In this document: piece after piece, positions 9,623 to 22,100 of the stretch
Numbering within the stretch: position 1 is the stretch's first letter
How the letters are laid out: every line of letters starts with the position of its first letter
NCBI GenBank assembly: GCA_023645945.1
Contig: JALAIB010000097.1
Coordinates: forward strand, 1 to 32,743
Length of the DNA stretch: 32,743 nt
Reading direction: 5' to 3'
Origin: Diploschistes diacapsis
Lineage: Eukaryota
Notes under the pieces: model-generated
Told to the model about the DNA's origin: nothing
What the model saw: only the letters and a program-made list of their open reading frames with translations
Databases searched by the model: none
Made by a program: the position numbers and the translations under genes

Positions 9623-10377
9623 TATTGAAGCTAAAATTAGCGGAAATAACATAGTCCGATCGCAGGTGAAATAATCAACATCATAATGTCATGACAGGGG
9701 TCAACACTCTATTCATTAAATAATGCAGACCTCACAGGATCGACGCGCACACGCTCTCTATAGCAGGCTAATGGGTTCAGGAGTATTCTGCGGCCACAAA
9801 AGAAGAAGGATGCTGACAAGGTCACATCATTCTACTCGCTCAATGACATACCGATCTCAAAGGAGGCATTGATCAAAATCCAAGTTGTCCTCCTAGCATG
9901 TGCCTATTAAAATTGAACCAAGGCCCCGGAAGGAACAACGATAGTATTTCCAGGAGCACTCTGCGCTCCTAAAACTCACAATCTATACGGATCTGGAGCC
10001 CCTTTTATCAAGGAAAGGGACAAACCAAAGGAAAGGCATGGCCCAGGACTATTTCCCCATGCCCAACCTTTAGTGTATAATCATTTATAGTAAGCTCGTT
10101 CATTAAATGATGCAATCGAGCATTAAATTGTTAAACCTAATATGCAGGTAGATCGTGTTGGAAAACGCATGATGATTGCCTAAAGGACATGAGCAGCCAC
10201 GCTTGTAGCTACTATGCTCTGAAGGGCATGTTGTGTACCCACATGTTTTCAAAAGCTCACAACAGACATAGCATCCATACGGTGGCCATGATGTTCGAAT
10301 TTGAACCCAAGAACCGCCATTAAATCGACGTGCAGGCAGCATTCGTAGACTGGAGATACCGTAGTCGTACAACTCGA

Positions 10378-11989
10378 TCACCGCCTGGAGCTGTTCAGAA
10401 ACACAACAGCCTGGCTCAGGAAATCACCCGCCTTATGCCCACAAACCTGCCGGAGAGTTCACATTAGCTTCTCACTCTCGCATATACCGGCCTCAGAAAA
10501 AAAAAGAACCAGTAATCCGACTTACTCTATTAGCCTTCGCATCGCCCAGCATCTCCCCCAAACTGGCATCGTACCCCCACCCCGTATGCTGATCGACCGC
10601 AGGGACCCTCAACCCATCTAGCGCCTCCCTCTCCTCCCTCGGCAGTGTCGCCATATAGGCCGCAAAATCATCCATCGCCACCCTGCTCATCTCCATACTA
10701 TCCTCGTCCTCCAGCATCACCCTGGCAAGCCTACCGAGCCGGTTGACGGTCTCTTTCCGCACCCCGCGGAGCATCTCGGCCTGATGGACGCGCATAGCGG
10801 CTAGGCCCTTGCCGAGGGGATGGTGGACGATGGCCTCGATGTCTGCTTCGGTGAAGGGTGCGCGGGAGAGCGGGTTGCGGAGCGCGGATGCCGAGTTGGC
10901 TTTAAGGGCGGGGACCAGCTCCGCCATGTCCCAGGCATAGTTGTCTTCTGAGACGAAGAAGCGCTCGCGCGGAATAGTCGAAATCGGGTCCATGGAAACC
11001 ATTGTTTCGGTATTGGTGTAGTTGGGGTTGAGTTGCTCGTGTGTTATGTGCATTAGCGCTTGCTTAGCTAAGTAGGATTGATTCGGGCGTAGGGCGCGAG
11101 CGAGGGCTTCGGTGCGGGCGACGAGGGCGCTGCGGAGTTTCTCGTCCGAAATGTTTGAGTTGCGGGAACGCTCATGGGCTATGGTCGTGGCAAGACCAAC
11201 CATGGCGATATTGAGGGACGTGAAGGGGTTAGTGGCAATGTCCAAGACGATCTTGTGAATGGGAGTTTCGCTAGTGACTCTGGTGGGTAAGCGGATGGGA
11301 GCTCTCGCCTGTTCCTCAAGTTCTGGAGATGTAGGTTTGACGCTGATAGAATTCCGGTGCCCTCTGCCGCTCCTAGAATCCCTGTGTGGTCTGTCGCTTC
11401 CAGGATCTCTGTGCTGGCTGTCGCTCTCAGAATTTCGATGCTGTCTGTAGCTATCTTCCCTTCTGCTCGGACCCAAGCTTGATGAGAAAAATTGGTCATG
11501 GCGGGGCACATGAGCTTGAGGCCAACGTTGCAGGGATAGCACAGGAAAGGGCAAAGATAATGGATCCTGGTAGTTAGAAGATCTCGGGTAATTCCTTGCT
11601 ATATGAGGAAAGTGAGAGGATGCTGATGCTACAGATATCGAGTAACCTCCCGCTATGCCTGGATGGTACCTCGACGCCGATGCCAAATTGTGCCACCTTT
11701 CCCCTCTCTCCAACCTCTCCCGAACCGCCGGAGTAAGAGCATCGTATGTCTCTCTATCGAGTGCTTCTCTGTTATTATCGAGGAGGCTCCTCACCGTTTC
11801 AACCGCTTCCGCCGTCATATCGTGCCTGCTGTAGATTTGGATTAGTACACGCCATGGCTGCACGACTCGCGGGTCTTGGATAATGTATTGTTGCAGTTCG
11901 TGAATGAGCTGGAGATCAGCTTCCATGCTAGGTGCTTGTGAAGCAGTGCCTTTTCCGAAGAATTTCAGTGAAGCGAGAATATTCCGCAT
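10378..11989 (-). CDS. Uncharacterised fungal protein, ~510 aa, 2 exons
   Basis: Exon 11989-10526, intron 10525-10447 (GTAAGT...GCTAAT...CAG), exon 10446-10378 giving ...DAKANR|VCGHKAGDFLSQAVVFLNSSRR*. The C-terminal half (TETMVSMDPIS...VSEDNYAWDM.EL...RNPLSR..FT..DI.AIVHHPLGK) resembles, from memory, a conserved ascomycete hypothetical-protein family. Confidence 0.8.
11333..11440 (-). repeat. Four degenerate 27-nt (9-aa) coding tandem repeats
   Basis: HRNSESDSQ / HRDPGSDRP / HRDSRSGRG / HRNSISVKP in the translated ORF. Confidence 0.75.
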
Positions 11990-12927
11990 CCTCCCAAGTT
12001 TAGGGAGTCCTTTTCATAGTGAAGGAAAGTTGGTGGATTGTGAAAGACTAAGCTCAAGCCAGAATTGTTTGGTAAAGGGAACTAGGGCATGAGCAAGAGA
12101 TTGATAATGCAATGAGAAAACACATCTGGATGTGTATGGTGAGGAAGGCCGTGACTTCACGATAATCTGATGCTAGAGTCATGGACCCAAGCATCACTGA
12201 ACCAAGCCACGAGTCATATGAGAGAGTAGTTGCATTTCTTTACGATAGCAACTTGAGATAACATGCACACTCATCTTCGGCAGCAAACGCCCTCAGCCTC
12301 GCGAGACAGCCTCGCAACTGAGAGCAAGCGTGGCAAGGTACAAGAAGTGGGCGATTATTGCTCCAAGCTAATCAGGCTTTTTCAAAGATGTTCGATCTAA
12401 GATTGCTTGATGGACACAAAACGCAACTGGAATGAAACATGTAGAGATTGCTCTTGACTAATTTGGGCCACTTGGGATCGATCTCATGATCCTATAGATC
12501 TGTAGTGAGTCCACATGGAAACAGATGGATTTTTCCTTCGCAATCAAAGAGCCTCAAAGTAGGCAACAATACCAAATCGCACAGAGCCAAAATGTGCTAT
12601 ATATGTAGGTTATCTGATTACCCCATGAGAGCGAGGCGAAAGGATACAGCACTGCTGCAAGCACTGGGAAATATCGGTTTCGTACCTTCACGTAAACACA
12701 CCTCCAGAGAGTTTGAGATGTGCTCGCGTTACGATGGCCCCATACACATACATAAATCTCTGAGATAATGGCAATCGAAATTCCCCCATTGAGAGGGATA
12801 CTCCATGCTGTTCTTTGGATTCCCGCCTTCCATAATCATGACAGAGCTGCTTTGCTTAAACACAACGCTTCACACATTAGCCAACGCCTTTTGTAAGTCA
12901 CCGTCCATACAGTCGGATATCTTAAAC

Positions 12928-15391
12928 TCATGTTTTCCTACTCGAAGCCGGAGACTCTGCTGTCCCTGGGACGAGTGTATGTGTGTGTCCAGTTGTCTTG
13001 ATGACTCGGCCATGATCTAATTGCTGGCATACCGGAGTATTGCTGATCCACGGGTCTCTGAGCATGTCATCGATAGTGGCTCGTTTCTTTGGGTCTACCT
13101 CTAGCATCTTCCCGATGACTGACCGGCTTTCTCGTGGCAATAATCGTAATAGTCGCCACGGCCCTTTGATCGTTTCTTGCTTGGTGGGCTCTTCTCTAGC
13201 GCCGGTTTGTTGCGATGACGGTATGGAAGAATCATCGGCAGTGGATTTAACCCCTTCTTTGTTGCCATCGTCGCTACTTTTGGGAGCCGATGCTGAGGGT
13301 ACGAACATGGACTTTGGCCGTTGCTCAGAAGTTCGTCTCGAAGCATTTTCGGCTGACGGCGTTCCCGGACTTGGTGCTGCTATAAATAGTCTGTACGAGT
13401 TATCTGTTGCCCTTGGAAGCTTCCAGGGAAAGCGACGAAGTGTCATGCAAGCGAATATGATGGCCATGGACCAAATATCAGTGGGCTGTGGATCGTACTT
13501 GCTATGGTCGTAAACCTCCGGCGCTAGGTAAGGATCTGAGCCTACAACGCCTAATAACGTTAGCAAGTTTCGTCGGCCATAGCCGTCAGTGCCTTACCAG
13601 AAGCCAAAACGATATCCGTTTCGAACGGATATCTGAAGACCGTTGCACTTCCGAAGTCGATCAGCTTCATGATCCCGTGCTCGTTGACCACAACGTTGTC
13701 CAATTTTAGATCCCGGTGAGCCAGGCCCATACCGTGAAGATAGGTCACCCCGGCAAAAATTTGAAGAAAGCAGCAAGCTATTTCTTCTCGACTCATCTTT
13801 CCAGTCATGACAATGGCAAACAGGTCGTAAGGAGCATATTCCATCACCTCGTACCAACGTCCCTTTTCGTGTACGATGTCCAATGTCTCGATTATATTTC
13901 CGTGGTGAAGTGTTGAGCCTATGCAGAACTCAGCAGTAACTTTCTTGCTGTACTCTCGTTCCGATTCGTAGCTGTGGCGCTCCCTGAATTGCTTTACTGC
14001 GAATGTCACACCGTCACTACTGCGCTTCATCAACCTCACCGAGCCACCGGCTCCGGAGCCTAGAACCTTTCCAAATTTGCCATACTTGCTCTGCAAACCA
14101 TGATCATCCGCAAACGGCAGTTGTGCAGTTGATGCCCCACCGGTCGGTGTGATACTGCCGGATTTTGCTGCAGTTTTGGCGGAAGCCGGCGATCTTGCTC
14201 TTTTGTTCGAATGGCCCCAGCGAAAAAACCTTTTCAGGTCTGCCATGGAATTATGGTTCTTGCCACCAGCGTGAGCATGATTGTCGTCGTTCTGTGCCTG
14301 CTTTCCGCCAAATATTCCGGACGCTCGTCGGTCGTGCTGCTTTGTGTCTTTGTCGCTACTCTGCCTCGGCAGGGGGGGAGCTGCACCACTGGGAATGAAA
14401 CTCGAGTGTCTTCGTGAATCCTTACCGCCAAAGATGAATCTGGCATCTAGAGCCTCTAAATTTTTGGACTGAATTGGTCTTCGACTGCGTGCATACGGGT
14501 CGTCCTTATTTCCAGCGGGCGTAAACGGCCTGGAGTATTGTGTGGGAGGCGTTGCAGTCCCTGACCCTGGAGCAGGCGTACTTGCTGGGCTTGTCTCGCC
14601 TGATGCCGGAATGAACTCGTAGCCGCTGTCTCCGGAGAAAGAGCTATGCGTTTGTCGTGAAGGGTCCACCATAGAAATCGGTATGCGTGACTCCTGAGCT
14701 CTTTGATTTGGAAGTCCTTCAACACGTGCCACATTCTGCTGAGAATCTGAGCTCTGAGGTGTCATCTGGGTCGGAAGGGCACGTGGAAGGTCATGGTCTG
14801 CGCTCTCGGAGAGCTCCTCCCCTCCTGAACCGGCCGGTGTGAGCGGAGGCGTTTGCTTGGATGCGATTAAGGCGTTTTTTTGTGAGGTAGATATCGAACT
14901 GTGACGCGACTCGTTCGATGGTACTCTTGAGGCAGGTAGAGAGACCGGCTCGAAGGCGAAATTGCTGAGTCGTCTATGTTGCAGGTGGGAGTTCTGAATT
15001 GATATGGAAAGGTTCTGGATGTCTGCTTGAGCTTCAGGACTCAAGGGCTCGCCCCTCGGATTATCCGTAGTGGCCGTATCATTGGATGTCAAGCTTTGAT
15101 TCGGCTCTATCTCTTGCAGGTTTGAACTAAAGCGTACAGCAGGATTTCGTGTTTGATCCGGCGCATTGGCTTGGTTTAAATTTCGGGAAGGATCCGGCTC
15201 TTGTACCTGCACATTCGGTTTATCTGCATTTGCGAGCCTCAATTAGCTCTTTGGATCTGAGCGATTTCCCATCCATTGTCTCAAATAATACCCACAACAA
15301 GCCCTAGCCAAAGGAATAGCCATCACGTACCGTTATGCTCCCCCAACGTATGCTCCGTTACTAGAGATGTGTCTTCCCCGGTGGAGGCCAT
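12928..15391 (-). CDS. SAT4: Ser/Thr protein kinase, Sat4/Hal4 (NPR/HAL family, HalA-like), ~769 aa, 3 exons
   Basis: Exons 15391-15331, 15223-13598, 13550-12928, with introns GTACGT..GCTAAT..CAG and GTAAGG..GCTAAC..TAG. Kinase motifs LGSGAGGSV, FAVKQF, KKVTAEFCIGSTLHH, YDLFAIVM, HRDLKLDN, DFG, GVVGSDPYLAPE match the Sat4/Hal4 subfamily. Long low-complexity N-terminus. Confidence 0.9.
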
Positions 15392-16576
15392 GCTTCCTCC
15401 TGAATGTCTTTGCGGCTGAAGCACGGCAGACTGGAAGCTACTTCCGTCTAATGCGAATTAGATCCGAGAACAGTATCGAATGCGCAGGTTGTTATCGAAA
15501 ACTCTGGAGCCCACAGCGTCTACTCCAAGAGATGAGCCGGCTTGAAGATTCCAACCTAGAGCACCAACAGTACAATACTGAAGCTATTAACGCAGTTTAT
15601 GGGATATATCAGGGACATCTCTGTTCAGACGTAAAGAAAATATTAGCAAAGAAAAAGGGTTGGGCGAGGGGTCTGATAAGAGTCATATCGACTCAAGAAA
15701 GGTCCACAAAGGTGAGAATTTGGTGGGATGTTTTTAAGACACACGGTTGCATGGTGCACGGTGCACTGGTGCACGATAACTCAACTGCCCTTGTAGCTGC
15801 GGAGGTGGGTTGTGGGTTGTTTTTCTGCCAACTCGGAGTTAAGTATCTCTGTATCGCATCTCGTACTGATCTCGTAGTGAGGTTGGGCCCCGCACTCACT
15901 ACTTGGCTTTGTGAATTTCCGGCCCGTGAAGGGAAGTATAACCATTAGATCTTGTTGATGCCAGAATGACCACAAGCTTCTTGGTCCCTTTAATTGCTTA
16001 ACACAACTGAATGCAACTCTGGGTACTTGAGCCAGTTAAGCTCGGAGCGCTGAGCAATGATAGGACAGAGTATTGTAAAATTGGGCCTCGGAAATATCGT
16101 GCTTATCACTAAAGGAGTTAAGGGGTACTGGCCCAACAGTAACAGATATATGCAAGATACTGAAACGGCCAGCCCTCTAATATTCACTCCGGCTCATATC
16201 GCGTTCCGTTGCTCATTCCACTCCAAAGCCAATATGATACACATGCGCGATGTTGTTAACCCAGGTGAGTATTGTTTTGCTCAAATGGATTGGCAGCTTC
16301 CTGTGAACACGCTGGTCTATTAGGAAGGAGCCAACTACAGCCTCCTTATGCGGCTCGTTCATGTTTGGGTAAATGTATCTGAGAAATCAACACCAGCCTT
16401 CAGCTATTGAGCGGATGATCTACCATCTGCGCCTCTGCGCCTCTGCTAAACGACATGATGTTGAGTGACCCACGCTGTCCTATTAATGTTATATTGTGTC
16501 CCCCAAATACCACTGACGCCGCCGCTATGCTCAGCGTAGTTAATCGAATGCCGGATAGATGCAGAGAAAGAGTTTT

Positions 16577-17083
16577 CTATGGCACAACTGTTATGCCAGC
16601 GGACTTCGCGGAAGCGATAACGCTCTTGCACAGCGATTCGAGGCTGAAGCCGGACAGGCGAAGCTCCGACTGTTTTATCTTTGCGATGTTGTAGACGTGC
16701 TTCAGAGAAACTTCACCGGCGACTTCGTGGCCCGCTTGCATTGAGCCTCGCACGCGACCCTTTCTCTCCTTGATGCCAGCAGCTTGGAATAGAAGATAGG
16801 AAGTCGTAGGAGTCCGCGTCTCAAAGTGGAACGATCGATCGGGCCGAACGGTGACTCGAGTAGGTATGGGAATCCCAGGCGTCATATGAGCCGTGCGCGC
16901 ATTGAATTCCTAGGTCTATTTAGTAGAGTCGGCGACACTGTGAGAGCAGCTCACCTTGCAGAAGTCCATACTTTTCACGCCTTTACTTCCCAGAGCTGGG
17001 CCAACGGGTGGGCTCGGGCTTGCTTTCCCGGCACCAACTATCAATTTGACGATCTGGTCTTTTGGCAATGCTTTGCGCGCCAT
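16577..17083 (-). CDS. MRPL19: Mitochondrial large-subunit ribosomal protein uL11m (yeast YmL19), 153 aa, 2 exons
   Basis: Exon 17083-16955 [43 protein letters not shown], 45-nt intron 16954-16910, exon 16909-16577 EFNARTAH...[16 protein letters not shown]...[12 protein letters not shown]11 signature present. Confidence 0.95.
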
Positions 17084-17331
17084 TTGACGGATTTATAACC
17101 GCATGGGGGGGATATAGAAGTCAAGAAATTGAGCCCTCCAAGAAAAGGTGTATCGAAGTTTCTCATGACTTGGGGGAATGCTAGACCGAATGGGAGGCTG
17201 GGTGCTGTTAGCAAAAGCTTGGCTAACTACTTCCAGTCTAGCACGATTCGAAACATCCATCCGAGTTAGGCAGCTTAATGATCCCTAACAGCGCATAACC
17301 TAACAAGGAGTAAGTGATCGAAACCGCGAAG
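17084..17331. promoter_or_regulatory. Probable bidirectional promoter (248 bp between the divergent start codons of uL11m and SVF1)
   Basis: Head-to-head geometry only; no specific motif identified. Confidence 0.5.
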
Positions 17332-18703
17332 ATGAATTGGCTCAAGCAACAGTCAGTATCTCGATAAAATCCTCATTGAGACGACCTGATTGCAGATTAG
17401 AGTCGCAAATGTTGCTGGGACTGCTGAGCCCATCTATGGGCCTTCCGCCCTACGGTCAGTCGCCAAACAAGCTGAGACAATTCCGTATACCGAGTCGACA
17501 AAAGAGGACTTGAGATGGGCTGCAATGGATTCGACTTGTGTCGAGACCCAGACTTTCTACCTCATGGCAGATAGCGGTCATGTTGGTATGGCCCAGGTAA
17601 TCTACAGCAACGTAGCGTGAGACATCCATGGAAATCCTCCTAAATCCTACCTTGGAGGTTCTCATTATCTGAAGCTAACAGGTCCCAAACTGCAGCGGCA
17701 TCCGAACTACCGTCCAGTTCAATACGAAAATATCTTACCCTGACGGCAAGACACCTCATCTATGGAGCTCGGACGCGCTTGAGGGACACGGCTTTGACGA
17801 GAGCAAGAGTTGCCTCTTTGCTGATGGCTGTGCTCTGGACCTTAGCGATGACGGAACTTGCTACGCCATAAAATCCGCGACTAATGAGACAAGTCTGGTT
17901 AATCTCAAGGTGACTAGGACGTCCCCTGGCTTCAAGGTTGGCAAAGACGGTACTAGTCTCTACGGCACTGATCCAGAGAAACCCTGGGGCTCAATGAAAC
18001 ACATTTTTTGGCCTCGCTGTACTGTAGAGGGCAATATTGTCACTAAGTACGGGGAGGTCAATTTCAAAGGTCGAGCGTTGTTTATTCATGCGCTTCAAGG
18101 CATGAAGCCGCATCATGCAGGTTTGTTGAAGATGAGGAGCACATGTCGGTCCTGCACGCTTAGCTGATTACTCTAGCGGCGCGATGGAACTTTCTCAACT
18201 TTCAGTCGCCCCTTTTTTCTGCTGTCATGATGGAATTTACAACTCCCCCTTCTTATGGCTCTTCTACTGTCAATGTCGGCGGTGTTGCCGTAGACGGTGA
18301 AATTCTCTTCGCAGGCGCTAACAACCGCTTCGTGCATACGGAGAAGAGGAACGACCCTGATTGGCCAGAGCCTGGAGCCCTCAAGCTAGAATGGAATGGC
18401 AAAACAAAGGACCACAAGATTGCTAAGGCAGAGCTTTCTGGCAATCTCGGTGAGAGACTAGACAAAATCGATGTCATGGCCCAAGTGCCTGGGTTCATCA
18501 AGACTATTGTCGGGGGCGTAGTAGGGTAAGTATCGACATACGCTCTGCCTTCTAGTATCGTGTACTCACGTGGTCTCAGTACACGGCCGTTTATCTACCA
18601 ATATTCGCCGAAACCACGACTCCTACTGAAGGTTACCATTGATGGGGAGGAGAAGGTAGAAGAGGGAGAGACTTTCTGCGAGAGCACATTCATTTGTGAA
18701 TAG
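17332..18703 (+). CDS. SVF1: Survival factor 1 (Svf1 family), ~377 aa, 5 exons
   Basis: Exons 17332-17351, 17401-17616, 17696-18120, 18177-18525, 18580-18703 join in frame (1134 nt). Motifs [82 protein letters not shown]. Confidence 0.93.
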
Positions 18704-19189
18704 ACAACCCACTCGTCAGGTCTTTTACGATTTCTCTATAGGGACCATGGTATGCTTGCATGGAGGTAGCCACTAATTTCAAAGATGCTGCACGCTTTTA
18801 CCTAATTAAACCAATATTCTAATGATAGCTTGTACAGAGAAGCACGTCGTACTCGTGGTGTATCTCCGTAGAATCCCCTGAGCATTCAAGTTCCTCAATC
18901 CATGTTGTTCCTAGTAGATATAATGGTTCAGGATCCCTGTCTGTCTCGTGGGGCTCTGGTACCGAGGGAAAGGGCGCCAAGGCATTGCAGCGCATGCAGG
19001 TGGAACGCGTAAATAGTTTTTGCTGGATAATTGATACCAGATTCATGGCCTTCGTCACGTAAACTACACTCTTCTTGTGCCCTTTGTTGTTTATCTTTTC
19101 GTTTCGTTTTGGACAAGGTCTTCCTTTCCATGTGCTCATTTGGAAACTAATAGGATTTCAATATCCCAAATGCAACAGCATTCGCGGAG

Positions 19190-22100
19190 ATGGAGATCGC
19201 AAGTTCAGGGGCGGCGAACGGCGAACCATCCACCCCTTCACCCCTCCAAACAACTATCAATCCTACTGCGATAGTCGATCACCTGGTTGATCTTCTGGGA
19301 ATTACCCTAGGGGCCTCGCAAAGAGACCTAGAAAGTCATGGAAGCCTACTTTCGAAAACAAAGAGGGCAGAAACCGTCCAGCGATGCCAGCGGTTTGCAA
19401 CAGACACGCAAACGGTTCTTTACGTTCAAAAAGACCTCATAGCAGCCGACAAGGCGAACGGAGCTAATGGCCATTCTGGTAGGTATGCCTTCACCTAGTT
19501 GACCACACAATCTGACCACCTGCTCAGTCGAACATACGAGTCAGTATAGTTATACGCTTGCCTCCGAAATTGCCTTCTCGACAACAACAGCCGCTTCAGT
19601 CGCCATCATAAAGAGACCGCAGCCGATAGATCCTCGCATACCAATATCATCCCAGGTTCAAGTCATAAATCTACCGGGCCTCGCAACGCTCAGTAGCCCA
19701 GATCAAGCTACAGTCTCCCCATTCGAGGTTCTCCATTCGTTCGTCCACCTTGCTCTCGGTCCCTACTTTGATGCGTATACGAAAGGGCAAGAGTTGCTTG
19801 ATACGGGCAAACAGCGGTATGACGGTGAAGGCAGGACTGGAGTGCCGGGCGCGAAGAAAAAGATTGCAGAACTGGAGCTCAGCCTGTTGCACCTCCAACA
19901 GAATATCGAAATCCCTGAGCTCTACTTGCCCATGCCTGGTGTTATTCAGGATGCACTTGACACAGCACTAACCCAGAAGATAAGACCTAGTGTGGAGCTG
20001 GTCCCGCAAGAGTTGTTGCTCGATAGCAGGTTCTTGAATGACTTACAGAGTACCGTCAACAGTTGGATCAAGTCCATACAAGCCATAACGAAGCTATCTC
20101 GGGATCCAGAAAGTGGCTCTGCTACGCAAGAGATCAATTTTTGGCTGTCGATGGAGACGGCGTTAGAGGGTATCGAGAAGCAGCTTCGAAGTGATGGGGT
20201 TCAACTCACAATGGATATACTGAGGAATGCCAAGCGATTCCAGGCCACCGTCAGTTTCAGCGCGGATACCGGGCTTAAGGATGCCACAGAAAAGGTCCAA
20301 AAGTACAATCAGCTCATGCGAGACTTCCCCCTTGACGAGCTGCTTGCTGCTACATCAATAGAGAAGGTCATTGCCGCTCTGGATAATGTCTTCGGTCACT
20401 TTAACCGAAAACTTCGTGTCACCCCTTATCCCGTTGCACGATCTTTGTCCTTGGTATCGGCGATCTCTGGCGATCTTGAAGCACAAATGCTATCTCTACT
20501 ACATGGCCGGACGCTAATGCATCTAGATTACCAAGATTTCCAATTACTGATGGACAAGGTCGAAAGCGTCTGGAAAACATGGGATGAGAATGTCAAGGAC
20601 TTCACCAACACTGCACGAGAGTCTGTCAGGCGGAAGAACGAAAGGTTTATTCCAATCAAGATCAACCCCCGACACACCAAAACCCAGGAGCGGCTGAGCT
20701 ACATCCGGACTTTCAGAACGAACCACGAGCAGTTGCAGAGAACTATTGTTAATGTCCTAGGTCCGAAATCTCAGAGGAACTCATTACTAGAGGAAGCGGT
20801 CAACGGCGCGGTCTTTATGGAGGAGGTAGGCGATGTTGATGCTGTTGAAGAAGTTGCACAGGCCTACGCATCTCTCAAAGACGTCAATGTTCTTGACACA
20901 AGCTCGGAAGGCACCGAAATCTGGGTACAGGCAGAACTGACCTATAACGAACGGACGGCACGTGTTGAGAATTCTATCATAGCACGACTGCGTGACCGAC
21001 TTGCTACTGCGAAGACAGCGAATGAGATGTTTCGAGTGTTCTCAAAATTCAACGCATTGTTTGTGCGGCCGAAAATTCGGGGAGCCATAAGTGAGTATCA
21101 GACTCAGCTTATCGACAATGTCAAGCGCGATATCTCTGCCCTCCATGAACGATTCAAACTTCAATACGGGCATTCGGAGGCACATGCTATGGCTCAACTT
21201 CGCGATCTTCCTTCGGTATCGGGAGCCATTGTATGGGCACGTCAGATCGAGAGACAACTCGATATGTATTTGAAGAAAGTCGAAGATGTGTTGGGTAGAG
21301 ACTGGACTTTGCACACCGAAGGACAGAGACTTGCTGCTGAAGGGTTAAACTTCCGAAACAAGCTCGATACTCGGCCCATTTTCGAGTCATGGCTCCACGA
21401 TGTCAATAAGCGCAAATTCTCCCTCTCTGGCAGGCTCTTTGGGATTACAAGAAACCGGTCCCTGGGCAATTCTCTCGAACTTACTGTGAACTTCGACCCT
21501 CAAGTCGTAGCTCTTTTCAAGGAAGTCCGCAATCTGCTCTGGCTCAACTACTCGATACCACATGCCGTTACGAACATCTCTAAAGATGCTAAGAAAGTCT
21601 ACCCTTATGCCGTTGGTCTGACTGAGAGCATTCGAATACTTGCGCAGACGAATAGAACCATCGAAGGCATGACTAGCGTTTCCCTTTTGCTCGCAGGGTA
21701 TCAGAACGATGTTCAAGATCTGATCCTGAAGGGTGTGCCGCTGAGGTGGGAAACCTTTATTTCCTCGTTTGATATCCAGATCAAGCAGCTGCAGCGTATC
21801 GCAGCCGGTGGTCAAGGGGAAACTAAACACGTCCAGTTCGTCCACGATTTTGCAAACGCCGTGTCAGTGTTGCAAGAAAAGACGTCTTTATTGGTTGCAG
21901 TCAGTGAAAAGGTGCAAGGTGCGATCACCGAACTCAGGAAATGCCCTTACGAAAGTGCAGCTTTTATTGGCCAGTTGGAGACTATTCAAAACTCGGTGGA
22001 TCAACTTAATCTGGAGAATTATTCGAATTTGAAAACGCACGTCCTCAATCTGAATATAGAAATCGAAGAGATTCTTCTCGAACGCCTGCATAATGCTTTG

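Larger units (their letters stand above)
8821..9711. mobile_element. Putative non-autonomous TIR element (hAT-like termini) enclosing two nested insertions
   Basis: Imperfect 24-bp inverted repeats: 8821-8844 TGGGGTGTTGAACCGTGTCATGAC vs reverse complement of 9688-9711 TAGAGTGTTGACCCCTGTCATGAC (20/24). Near-duplicated 8-mers TTCAATAA (8811-8818) and TTCATTAA (9712-9719) flank it, with a 2-nt offset on the left. Interior is AT/TpA-rich. Confidence 0.5.

Noticed and set aside
8821..9711. CRISPR-like array
   Set aside because: Eukaryotic context; the repeats are inverted termini and short subterminal duplications, not regularly spaced direct repeats.
5100..12500. Starship or other giant transposon
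   Set aside because: No tyrosine-recombinase (captain) gene and no boundary repeats seen; the interval is small.
15367..15948. 193-aa plus-strand ORF
   Set aside because: Overlaps the kinase start and promoter in antisense; composition is not protein-like and no motifs are recognisable.
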